DNA of 64,000 bases from the human T2T-CHM13v2.0 reference genome, Homo sapiens: the NCBI RefSeq assembly GCF_009914755.1, contig NC_060935.1; one strand, written 5' to 3'. Positions 1 through 12,156 of the stretch are shown here, piece after piece. The position numbers and the translations under genes were made by a program. Under the pieces are notes generated by a model that had not been told where the DNA came from, ran no database searches, and worked only from the letters and a program-made list of their open reading frames with translations. Position 1 is the first letter of the stretch, and every line of letters begins with the position of its first letter.

Positions 1-660
1 GTGCAAAATCAGTGTTTCCAAACTGCTGAATGAAAAGAGGGCTTTAACTCTGTGAGATGAATGCACGCATCACAAAGCAGTTTCTCAGATAGCATCCTTC
101 CAGTTTTTATCCTGGCATATGTGGTTCTTGGCCACTGGACTCAATGAGTTCCCAAATGTCCATTTGCAGAATGGACAAAAACAGGCTTTCCAAACTGCTG
201 AATCAAAAGACAGGTTTAACTCTGTGAGATGAATGCAGATATCACAAAGAAGTTTACCAGAAAGCATCTTTTTAGTTTTTATCTGAAGATATTTACTTTT
301 TCACCTTAGGCCTCAATCCGTTCCCAAATATCCCTTCACAGATTCTGCAAAAACGGTGTTTGCAAACTGCTGCATTAAAAGAAAGGTTTAACTCTGCGAG
401 GTGAATGCACACATAACAAAGCAGTTTCTCAGATAGCTTCCTTCTAGTTTTTATCCTGGGCTATTCACTTTTTTGCCTTTGGCTTCAATGAGCTCCCAAA
501 TGTCCATTCGTTGAAAGAACAAAAACAGTGTTTCCAAACTGCTGAATCAAAAGAAAGGTTTAACCCTGTGAGATGAATGCACACGTCACAAAGCAGTTTC
601 TCACAAAGCTTTTTTCTAGTTTTTATCTGAAGATCTTTTCTTCAGATAAGATCATAGGCA
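1..660 (-). repeat. Alpha satellite (ALR/Alpha), divergent monomeric, reverse orientation
   Basis: ~171-bp periodic TGAGATGAATGCACACATCACAAAGCAGTTTCTCAG motif, the reverse complement of the alphoid core. Confidence 0.97.
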
Positions 661-668
661 CGTGTAGA

Positions 669-3600
669 TGCCTATGATGAAAAAGAAAATATCTTCAGAT
701 ACAAACCAGAAAGAAGCTTTGTGAGTAACTGCTTTGTGATGTGTGCATTCATCTCACAGAGTTAAAACACTCTTTTGATTCAGTAGTTTGGAAACACTGA
801 TTTTGTGTATTCTGCAAATTGGCATTTGGGGGCTCATTTAGGCCAAAGGTGAAAAAGCAAATATCCCAGGATAAAAACTAGAAGGATACTATCTGAGAAA
901 CCACTTTGTGATGTGTGCATTGATCTCACAGAGTTAAACCTTTCTTTTGATTCAGCAGGTAGGAAACCCTGTTTTGGTACATTCTGGGAATGGACATTTT
1001 GGAGCTTGTTGAGTCCTACAGTGAAAAATAAAATATCTTCAGACAAAAAGTAGAAAGAAGATTTCTGATAAAGTGCTTTGTGATGTGTGCATTCATTGCA
1101 CAGTGTTAAACCATGTTTTGATTCTTCAGTTAGGGAACACAATTTTTGTGCATGCTGCGAATGGATATTTGGGAGCTATTGGGGTCAATGCTGAAGAAGT
1201 AAATATCCCATGGTAAAAACTAGAAGGAAGCTCTCAGAGAAACCACTTTGTGCATTCATCTCACAGAGTTAAAAGTTTCTTTAGATTCAGCAGTTTGGAA
1301 ACACTGTTTCTGTAGAATCTGTGAAAGGAAATTTGGGACCACATTGAGGCATATGGTGAAAAAGAAAATATCTTCAGGTAAAAACCAGAAAGAAATTTCA
1401 GAAAAACTGCTTTGTGATGTGTGTATTCATGTCACAGTGTTCAACCTTTGTTTTGATTCAGTAGTTTGGAAAAACTGTTTTTGTACGTTCTGCAAATGGA
1501 CATTTGGGAGCTCATTGAGGCCTATGATGAAAAAGAAAATACCTTCAGATAAAACTATAAAGAAGCTTTCTGAGAAATTGCTTTTTGATGTGTACATTCA
1601 TCACACAGTGCTAAATCTTCCTTTTGATTCAGCACATTGGAAACACTGTGTTTGTAGAATCTGTGAATTGGCATTAATTAGCTCATTGAAGCCAAAGTTG
1701 AAAAAGAGAATATCCCAGGATAAAAACAGAAGGAAGCTATCTCAGAAATTGCTTTGTGATATGTGCATTCATCTTGCAGAGATAGACTTTCTTTTGATTA
1801 AGCAGTTTGGAAACACTGTTTTTTAGAATATACCAATGGGCCTTTTTTTTTTAGCCCATTGAGGCCTTTTTTGAGAAAGAAAATATCTTCAGATAAAAAC
1901 TGGAAAGAAGCTTTCTGTGAAACTGCTTTGTGATTTTAGCATTTATCTCACAGTTGTACACCTTTCTTTTGATTCAGCAGTTAGTAAACACTATTTTTTT
2001 CCTTCCTGCTAATGGACATTTGGGAGCTCATTGAGGCCAATGGCAAAAAAGTGAATATCCCAGGATAAAAACTAGAAGGAAGCTATCTGTAAAACTTCTT
2101 TGTGATGTGTGTATTCACGTCACAGAGTTAAACCTGTCTTTTCATTCAGCAGTTTGGAAACACTGATTTTGTAGAATCTGTGAAGGGATATTTGGGAGCA
2201 CATTGAGGCCTATGGTGAAAAAGAAAGTATCTTCTGATAAAAAATAGAAAAAAGCTATCTGAGAAACTGCTTGTGATGTGTGCATTCATCTAACATAAGT
2301 AAACCTTTCTTTTCTTTCAGCAGTTTGGAAACACGGTATTTGTAGAATCTTCAAAGTGATATTCGGGAGCATATTGAGGCCTATGGTGAAAAAGGAAATT
2401 CCTTAATATAAAAACTAGAAAGAAGCTTTCTGAGAAAATGCTTTGTGATGTGTGCATTCATCTCACAGAGTTAAACCTTACTTTTGATTCAGCAGCTTGG
2501 AAACAATGTTTTTTTCCATTCTGTGAATGGACATTTGGGAGCTCATTGAGGCCAATGGCAAAAAAGCGAATATTCGAGGAAAAAAATTCTGAGGCAGCTA
2601 TCTGAGAAAATGCTTTGTGATGTGTGCATTCATCTCACAGAGAGAGACGTTTCTTTTCACTAAGCAGTTTGAAAACACTGTTTTTGTAAAATATGAGAAG
2701 GGATATTTTGGACCACATTGAGGCCTAGGGTAAAAAGGAAAATATCTTCAGATAAAAACAAGAAAGAAGCTTTTTGAGAAACTGCTTTGTGATGTGTGCA
2801 TTGATCTCACAAGGTAAATCTTTCTTTTGATTCAACAGTTTGGAAACACTGTTTTTGTCCATTCTGAGAATGGACATTGGGAGCTGTTTGAGGCCAATGT
2901 CAGAAATGCAATTATCCCAGGATTAAAAACTAGAAGGAAGGTATCTGATAAACTACTTTTGGATGTGTGCATTCTTCTCACAGAGTTAAAACTTTCTTTT
3001 CTTTCTGCAGTTTGGAAACACTGTTTTTGAAGATTCTCTGAAGGGATATTTGAGAACTCATTGAGGTCAACGGTGTAAAAGGGAATATCCCTGTATTAAG
3101 TAGAATGAATCTATCTGTGAAACAGCTTTGTGATGTTTGCGTTCATCTCACAAAGTTAAACCATTCTTTTGATTCAGCAGGTGGGAAACAATGTTTGTGT
3201 AGAATCTTCAAATGTACATTTGGGAGCATATTGATGCCTGTGGTGAAAAAGGAAATATCTTCCAATGAAAACAAGAATGAAGCTTTCTGATAATCTGCTT
3301 TGTTATGTGTGCATTCATCTCAGAGTGCTAAACTTTTCCTTTGATTCAGCAGTTTGGAAACACTGTTTTTGTCCATTCTGTGAATGGGTATTTGGGAGCT
3401 CATTGAGACCAATGGCAAAAAAGTGAATATCCCGAGGTATAAACTAGGAGGAAGCTATCTGAGAAACCACTTTATGATGTGTGCATTAATCTCACAGAGT
3501 TAAAACTTTCTTTTGATTCAGCAATTGGGAACCGCTGTTTCTGTAGGATCTACAAATGGACTTTTGGGTGCGTATTGAGGCATATGGTGAAAAAAAATCT

Positions 3601-6600
3601 TCAGATTAAAAGGAGGAATCAGCTTTCTGATAAACTGTTTTGTGCTGTGTGCGTTCAGCTCACACAGGTAAACCTTTGTTTTCATTCAGCAGTTTGGAAA
3701 CACTGTTTTTGTGCAATCTGCAAAGCAATATTTGGGAGGGCATTGAGGCCTTTGGTGAAAAAGAAAATATCTTCATGTAAATACTAGAAAAACGGCTTTG
3801 TGATGTGTACATTCATCTCACAGTTAAACCTTCCTTTGATTCAGCAGTTTGGAAACACTGTTTTTCTCCATTCTACCAACGAACACTTTGGAGTGCTGGA
3901 GGCCTATCGTGTAAAAGGAAAATATCTTCAGATAAAAACTAGAATGAAACTATCTGAGAAACTCCTTTGAGATGTATGCATTCACCTGTCAGAGTTAAAT
4001 CATTCTTTTCATTCAGCAGTTTGGAAACACTGTTTTTGTAGAACCTGTGAAGGGATATTTGAGAGCACGTCGAGGCATATGGTAAAAAAGAAAATATCTT
4101 CAGATAAAACATAGAAAGAAGCTTTCTGAGAAACTGCTTTGTGATGGGTGCATTAATCTCACAAAGTTAAACCTTTTATTGATTTAGCAATTTCGAAACA
4201 CTGTTTTTGTCCATTCTGCAAATGTACTTTTCAGAGCTCATTGAGGCCAATGGCAAAAAAGCACATATGCCAGGAAAAAAACTGGCAGGAAGCTGTCTGT
4301 GAATCTGCTTTGTGATCTGTGCATTCATCACGTACAGTTAAACTTTTCTTTTGAATCAGCAGGTTGGAAACACTGCTTTTGTTGAATCTGAGAAGGGATA
4401 TTCAGATAAAAACTAGAAAGAAGCTTTCTGAGAAACTGTTCTGTGACGTTTGTATTCATCTCACAGAGTTAAACATTTCTTTTGGTTCAGCAGTTTGAAA
4501 ACACTGTTTTTGTCCATTCTGTGAGTGGACATTTGGGAGCTGATGGAGGCCAATGGCAAAAAAGTGAATATGCCAGGATGAAAACGAAATAAAGCTATCT
4601 GAGAAACTGCTTTGTGATATCTGCATTCATCTCACAAAGTTAAACTTCTCTTTTCATTCAGCTGTTTGGAAACATTGTTTTTGTAGAATCTGCGAAGGGA
4701 TATTTGGGAATGCATTGTGGCCTGTTGTGAAAAAGAAAATGTCCTCTGATAATAACTAGAAAGAAGCTCTCTGAAAAACTGTTTGTGTTGTGTGCATTCA
4801 TCTCACAGAATTAAGCCTTTCTTTTCATTCAGCAGTTTAAGAACCACTGTTTTTGTCCATTCTGTGAATGGATATTTGGGAGCTCATTGAGGCCAAAGGC
4901 AAAAAAGCAAATATCCCGAGATATAAACTAGAAGGAAACTATCTGAGAAACCATTTGTGATGTGTGACTTCATCTTGCAGATTTAAACCTTTCTTTTGAT
5001 TAAGCAGTTTGGAAACACAGTTTTTGTACTTTGTGTGAATGGACACTTGGTAGCCCCTTGAGGCCCATGGTGCAAAAAAATACCTTCTTTTAAAAGAAGA
5101 AAGAGGCTTTCTGAGTAACTGCTTTGTGAAGTGTGCATTCAAATCACACAGTTAAACTTTCTTTTGACTCAGCAATTTGGAATGAACTGTTTTTCTACAA
5201 TCTGCAAAGGTATGTTTGGGAGCACATTGAGACCTATGGTAAAAATGAAAATATCTTCAGAAAAAAGCTTGAAAGAAGCTTTCAGAGAAAATGCTTTTTG
5301 ATGTGTGCATTCATCTCACAGAGTTAAAACTTTCTTTTGATTCAGCAGTTTGGAAGCACTGTTTTTGTCCATTTTGGGAATGGATATTTGGGAGCTCTTA
5401 GAGGCCAATGATGAAAAAGTGAATATCTCAGGATAAAAAGTTGAAGGAAGCTATCTGAGACAAGGCTTTGTGATATGTCCATTCATCTCATAGAGACAAA
5501 CTTTTCTTTTCATTCAGTCATTTGGAAACACTGTTTTTTAGAAACTGCAAAGGAATATTTGGGAGCTCATTGAGGCCTGTGGTGAAAAAGAAAATGTCTT
5601 CAGATAAAAACTAGAAAGAAGCTTTCTGAGGAACTGCTTTGTGAAGTGTGCATTAAACTCACACAGATAAAACTTTCTGTTTATTCAGCAGGTTGGAAAC
5701 ACTGTTTTTGTGGAATATGTGAAGGGATATTTGGGAGCACATTGAAGACTATTGTCAAAAAACATATATCCTCAGATAAAAACTAGAAAGGAGCTTTCTG
5801 AGAAACCAATTTCTGATATGTGCATTCATCTCACAGAGTTAAACCTTCCTTTTGATTCTGCAGTTTGGAAATGGTGTTTTGTACATTCTTCAATTGGACA
5901 TCTTTGAGAGCATTGAAGCCTATGGTGAAAAAGAAAATATTTTCTGAGAAAAATTAGAAAGAAGCTTTCTGAGAAACTGCTTTGTGATATGTGCATTCAT
6001 CTCACAGAGGTAAACCTTTCTTTTGATTCAGAAGTTTGGAAAAACTTTGCTGTAGAATCTGAAAAGGACAATTGGAGCACAGTGAGGCCTATGGTGAAAA
6101 AGAAAATACCTTCAGATAAAAACTTGAAAGAAGTTTCTGAGAAACTGCTTTGTGATGTGTGCATTTATGTCACAGGGTTAAACTTGGTTTTGATTCAGCA
6201 ATTTGGAAACAGTGTTTTTGAAGAATCTGTGAATGGACAATTGGGAGCCCATTGAGGCCTATCTTGAAAAAGAAAAATCTTCAGATAAAAAGTAGAAAGA
6301 AGCTTTCTGAGAAACTGCTTCATGATGTGTGCATTTATCTCACAGTGTTAAACCTTTCTCCTGATTCCACACATTGGAAACATTGTGTTTGTAGAATCTG
6401 CAAATGGACATTTGTGAGCTCTTTGAGGCCAAAGTCAAAAAAGCGAATATTGCAGGGTGAAAAGTAGAAGGAAGCTATCCAAGAAACCAGTTTATGATGT
6501 GTGCATTCATATCACAGAGTTCAACTTTTCTCTTGATTCAGCTGTTTGGAAACACTGCTTTTCTAGAATCTGTGAAAGGACACTAGGGAGCCAGCTGAGG

Positions 6601-9600
6601 CCTATGGTGAAAAAGAAAATATCATCAGATAAAAACTAGAAAGAAGCTTTCTGAGAAACTGCTTTGTGATGTGTGCATTCATCTCTCACAGTTCAAACTT
6701 TGTTTTGATTCCGGAATTTGGAAACACTGTTTTTGTACATTCTGCAAATGGATATTTGGGAGCTAATTGGATCCAATGCAAAAAAATGAATATCCAAAGA
6801 TAAAAACTAGAAGGAATCTATGTGAGAAACTCCTTTGTGACGTGTTTATTCATCTCACAGAGTTAAATCTTTCTTTTGACTCAGTAGTTTGGAAACACTG
6901 ATTTTTAAATTCTGTGAAAGGATATTTTGGAGTGTCTCAAGGCCTATGGTGAAAAAGTAAATATCTTCTGATAAAAAGTAGAAAGAAGCTTTATGAGAAA
7001 CTGCTGTGTAATGTGTGTTTTCATCTTATAGTGTTCAACCATTCTTATGATTCAGGAATTTATAAACACAGTTTTTGCCCATTCTGCAATTGGACATTTC
7101 GAAGCTCATTGAAGCCAATGGCAAAAGAGTGAATATCCCATGATAAAAAATAGTAAAAAGCTATCTGAGAAAATGCTTTGTGATGTTTCCATTCATATCT
7201 AGAGTTAAAGGATTCTTTTGATTCAGCAGTTTTGAATCACATTTTCTGTACTATTTGCAAAAGCATATTTGGAGTGTCTTGAAGCCTATGGTGAAAAAGA
7301 AAATATCTTCATCTAAAAATAAGAAGCTGTCTGAGAAGCTGCTTTGCGATTTGTGCATTCATCTCACAGAACTAAACCTTTCTTTTGTTTCAGCAGTTTG
7401 GAAACCCTGTTTTTGTACGTCCTGCGAACGGACGTTTCAGAGCTCATTGAGACCAATGGTGAAAAGTGAACATCCCAGGATAAAAACTAGAAGGAAGCTA
7501 TCTGAGAAACCGCTGTGTGATGTGTGCATTAATCTCACAGAGTTAAATCTTTCTTTATATTGAGCAGTTTGGAAACACTGTTTTAGTAGAATCTGCAAAG
7601 GGATATTTGGGAGCACATTGAGGCCTATTGTGAAAAAAGAAAAATCTTCAGATACAAACTAGAAAGAAGCTTTCTGAGAAACTGCTTTGTGAAGTGTGCA
7701 TTCATCTCACAGAGTTAAATCTTTCTTTTCACTCAGTGAATATCCCAGGACAAAAACTAGATGGATGCTATCTGAGAATCTGCTTTCTGATGTGTTCATT
7801 CATCTCTCAGAGTTCAACCATTGTTTTCATTCAGCAGTTTGGAAACGTTATTGTTTTCAGAATTTCTGAAGGGATATTTGTGAGCTCATTGAGGCCAATG
7901 GTGAAAAAGCAAATATCCCAAGATATATACCAGCAGGAAACTATCTGAAAACTGCTTTTTGATGTGTGCCTTCTTCTCACAATCTAAACCTTTCTTTTGA
8001 TTCAGCAGTTTGGAAACACTGGTGTTGTAGAATCTGCAAAGAGATATTTGAGAGTGCTTTGAGGCCTATGGTAAAAAAGAAAATATATTCAGATAAAAAC
8101 TAGAAAGAAACATTCTGAGAAACTGTGATGTGTGCATTCATCATATGGAGTTAAACATTTCTTTTGATTCAGCAGTTTGGAAACACTGTCTTTGTCGATT
8201 CTGCAACTGGACATTTGGAAACTCATTGAGGCCAATGGTGAAAAACCGAATATCCCAGGAAAAACTAGGAGCAGCCTATCTGAAAAACAGCTTTGTGATG
8301 TGTGCATTCATCTCACAGAGTTAAACTATCTTTTCATTCAGCAGTTTGGAAACACTGCTTTGTAGAATCTCTAAAGTGATATTTGGGAGCTCATTGAGGC
8401 CAATGGCAAAAAAGCAAATATCCCCAGATAAACAAGAAGGAAGATATCTGAGAAACCGCTTTGTGATGTGTGCATTAGTCTCACAGAGTTAAACCATGCT
8501 TTGTCTCGCAGAGTTCAACCATTCTTTTGATTTAGCGGTTTGGAAACACTGTTTTTTTCCCTTCTGTGAACAGACATTTGGGAGTGCTTTGAGACCAATG
8601 GTAAAAAAGAAAATATCTTCTGAGAAAAAGTATAAAGAAGCTTTCTGAAAAACTGCATGGGGGTGTGTGTATTCAACTCACATAGTTAAAACATTCTTTT
8701 AATTCAGCAGTTTGGACTCACTGTTTTTTTAGAATCTGCATAGGGATATTTCAGAGCACATTCAGGCCTATGTTGAAATAGAAAATATCTTCAGATAAAA
8801 AGTAGAAAGAAGCTTTCTGAGAAACTACTTTGTGAATTGTGCATTCGTTTCTCAGAGTTGTAGTTTTATTTTCATTCTGCATTTTGGAAACACTGGTTTT
8901 TTTTTTTATTCTGTGAATGGACATTTGGGAGCTCATTGATGCCTTTCTCAAAAAATTGAATATCCCAGGATAAAAACTAGAAGGACGCTATCTGAGATAC
9001 TGGTTTGTGATGTGCACATTCATCTCACGGAGCTAAACCTCTGTTTTCATTCAGCAGTTTGGAAACACTGTTTTTGTAGTATATTTGAAAGGATATTTGG
9101 GAGGGCATTGAGGCCCATGGTGAAAAATAAAATATCTTCTGATAAAAACTAGAAAGAAGCTTTCTAGGAAACTGCTTTGTGATGTGCGCATTCATTTCAC
9201 TGATTTAAACTTTCTTTTGATTCAGTGGTATGGAAACACTGTTTTTTTAGAATCTGCAGGAGAATATGTGGGAGTGCATTGAGGCCTATGGTGAAAAAGA
9301 AAGTATCTTCAGGTATGAAGTAGGAAGAAGCTTTCTGAGAAACCGCTTTGTGATGTGTGCATTCATCTCACAGAGTTAAAGACTTCTTTTCATTCAGCAG
9401 TTTGGAATCACTGTTTTTGTCGGTTGGGTGAATGGAGTTTTGAGAGGGCATTGAGGCCAAAGGCAAAAAAGCGAATATCCCCAGATAAAAACTAGAAGGA
9501 AGCTATCAGAGAAGCCCTTTTTGATGCGTGCATTCATCTCACAGAGTTCAACCTTTGTTTTCATTCAGCAGTTTGGAAACACTTATTTGGCAGAATCTGC

Positions 9601-10716
9601 AAAGGGGTATTTAGTAGTACATTGATGCCTATGGTAAAAAAGAAAATATCTTGAGCTAAAAACTAGATATATGCTATCGAGAAACCACTTTGTGATGTGT
9701 GCATTCATCTCACAGAATTAAACATTTCTTTTCAGTCAGCAGTTTGTAAACACTGTTTTTGTAAAAACTAAGAAGGGATATTTGGGAGTGCATTGAGGCC
9801 TATGGTGAAAAAGAAAATATTTTCAAAGAAACAGTAGAAAGAAGCTTTCTGAGAATATGCTTTGTGATGTGTGCATTCATATCACAGAATTAAACCTTTC
9901 TTTTCATTCAGCAGTTTTGAAACTCTGTTTTTGTACATTCTGCAAATGGAAATTTGGAAGCTCATTGATGCCATTGGTGAAAAAGCAAATATCCACAGAG
10001 AAAAACTAAAAGGAATCTATCAGAGAAACCAGTCTGTGACGTGTGCATTCCCTGGCAGAGGTAAACCTTTCTTTTGATTCAGCAGTTTGGAAACTGTTTT
10101 AGTCCATTCTGTAAATGGACATTTGGGAGCTCATTGAGGCCATTGGAGAAAAAGCGAATTGAGGCCATTGGAGAAAAAGCGAATTTCCCAGGATAAAAAC
10201 TTGAAGGAAGCAATCGAGAAACTGCTTTGTGATGTGTGCTTTCATCTCACAGAGGTAAACCATTCTTTTCATTCAGCAGTTTGGAAACACTGTTTTTGTC
10301 CATTCTGTGAATGGACATTTGGGAGCTCATTGAGGTCATCGGAGAAAAAGTGAATATCCCAGGGTAAAAACTAGAAGGAATCAATCTGAGAAACTGCTTT
10401 GTGATGTATGCGTTTATCTTGCAGTGGTAAACCTTTGTTTTCATTCAACTGTTGGAAACACTGTTTTTGTAAAATAGACACAGGGATATTTGGGAGCACA
10501 TTGAGGCCTATGGAGAAAAAGAAATTGTCTTCAGATAAAAGCTAGAAAGAAGCTTTCTGAGAAACTGCTTTGTGATGTGTGCATTCATCTCACAGAGTTA
10601 ACTTTTCTTTTGATTTAGCAGTTTGGTAACACTGTTTTTGTCCGTTCTGTGAATGGATATGTGGGAGCTCATATAGGCCTATAGTGAAAAAGATATTATC
10701 TTCTGATAAAAACTAG
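669..10716 (+). repeat. Alpha satellite, old divergent array of two loosely alternating monomer types
   Basis: About 59 monomers with CTGAGAAACTGCTTTGTGATGTGTGCATTCATCTCACAGAGTTAAA. Variants GCCTATGGTGAAAAAGAAAATATCTTCAGATA..AAAGAAGCTTTCTG and GCCAATGGCAAAAAAGTGAATATCCCAGGATA..AGGAAGCTATCTG alternate. No CENP-B box seen. Confidence 0.98.
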
Positions 10717-11318
10717 AAAAATATAGCTGAATTCTTTTTCTCAGCAAGGAACATCCCTGAGAAAGGGAATATGTTTTCAAGAGGAGGTCTCTGAAATGGC
10801 TGCTTTGGGAAGGTCTATCTTTTATGGTTGTAGATAAGGGATGAAATAAGCCCCAGTCTCCCATCATGCTCCCAAGCTTATTAGGATGAGGAACTTCCAG
10901 CCTAATAAATTTTGGTCAGACTGGTTGTCTGCTCTCAAACCCTGTCTCCTGATAAGATGTTATCAATGACAGTGCGTGCCCAAAATTTCATTAGCAATTT
11001 TAATTTCACCCCGGTCCTATGATCTCACCCTGCCTCCATTTGCTTTGTGATATTTTATTACTGTGTGCAGCATGTGATCTCTGTGATGCACACCTTATTC
11101 ATACACTCCATTCCCTTTTGAAAATCGCTAATAAAAACTTGCTGGTTTTGTGACTCAGGGGGCATAATGGAACCTGCTGACATATGATGTCTTCCCCGGA
11201 CACCCAGCTTTAAAATTTCTCTCTTTTGTACTCTTTCCCTTTATTTCTCAGACAAGCTGACACTTAGGGAAAATAGAAAAGGACCCACGTGAATATCAGG
11301 GCCTGGTTTCCCCTGATA
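10717..11318 (+). repeat. 5' LTR (MER11), lacking about the first 457 bp
   Basis: Aligns to 17608-18208 of the 3' LTR. AATAAA at 11130-11135. Ends GGTTTCCCCTGATA, followed by a TC spacer and the PBS. Confidence 0.93.
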
Positions 11319-11320
11319 TC

Positions 11321-11396
11321 TGGTGTCCAATGTGGGGCTTGAACCCACTACCCTGAGATTAAGAGTCTCACGCTTCATCAACTAAGCTATTCGGTT
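11321..11396 (-). pseudogene. Full-length reverse-transcribed copy of tRNA-Lys(CTT) with encoded CCA, occupying and extending the proviral PBS
   Basis: The + strand reads TGGTGTCCAATGTGGGGCTTGAACCCACTACCCTGAGATTAAGAGTCTCACGCTTCATCAACTAAGCTA. This matches the complement of tRNA-Lys(CTT) without gaps (45/50, and 58/69 overall, by hand). Anticodon complement AAG at 11361-11363. The last ~7 nt are uncertain. Confidence 0.93.
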
Positions 11397-12156
11397 TCTC
11401 TACCTTTTCCTCAGCCTTCCACTCCCACACTGCCCTCGTTATCTCATTAGCCTCTCCCTTCAGCTACACCTCCCCTACCTAACAATGCTGAAAATTCATT
11501 GTCTAACTCCGATGACTTTGGCTTAACATTACCCCTTACCTATCTTACTTCTTTTCATGAAGAGCCAGTACTTGAAGCTCCTGTGGCCCTGACTCACACA
11601 GCCTGGGACCATAGATATGCTAATTCTTCTCTCTTCAAACCTCCAGGATCAGCTAATGGTTCTGGGATGAAACTACAATTTACCTATAATTCTCCAGGTC
11701 CTCCCCCATCCACTACAGCCCCTCACCCTCCTGTCATTTCAGTTCCTCAACCTGTCTGCATCATTATGTACCTCTGAATCTTACCTTTTTAAAGCAATTT
11801 AAGGATGTTTGTACTCAGTATGGTCCTACTTCTCCTTATGTTAAAATGGTAATACAAACTTTTTGTACTGAAGTTGTTTTGCTTCCTTTAGACTTGGATC
11901 TTTTGGCAAAAAGCTTTTCTAACCCCATCGCAGCCTGGTGGGCAGTGGAAGCCCATTTGCAGGCTCAGCTAAATTGGACTAATGACATTCTAATTACTCA
12001 GGCTCAGCTCACAGTCTCTGATAGTTTCTCTGATGTTTATGCCCAATTAAACTTTGATGCTCTTACCACATAACAAGTAACAAACGTGTGTATGATTGCT
12101 TGGGAAAAATTATATGCCCAGGCCAAGCTCCTGTTTCTTTTACTACTGTTAAACAA
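11397..12156 (+). pseudogene. gag: gag remnant (Pro-rich region and capsid N-terminal part; leader, MA, MHR and NC missing)
   Basis: Translates to LKQFKDVCTQYGPTSPYVKM, DLLAK and AAWW, resembling betaretroviral CA. No MA start or CCHC zinc knuckles visible. Confidence 0.8.

Noticed and set aside
1248-1826. Cys/His/Lys-rich ORFs in satellite (e.g. 192 aa here, 207 aa at 46656-47279) that look like a repeated zinc-binding domain (CDVCIH..HCFC..C)
   Set aside because: They are translations of the 171-bp (57-codon) alphoid monomer. Frames break at random and there is no gene structure.
669-10716. Regularly spaced conserved motifs with variable sequence between them (CRISPR-like look)
   Set aside because: The intervening sequences are homologous to each other, so this is tandem satellite. 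The context is eukaryotic and there are no cas genes.
11321-11396. Functional tRNA-Lys gene
   Set aside because: Encoded CCA, exact PBS position and mutated D arm and acceptor stem indicate a reverse-transcribed primer copy.
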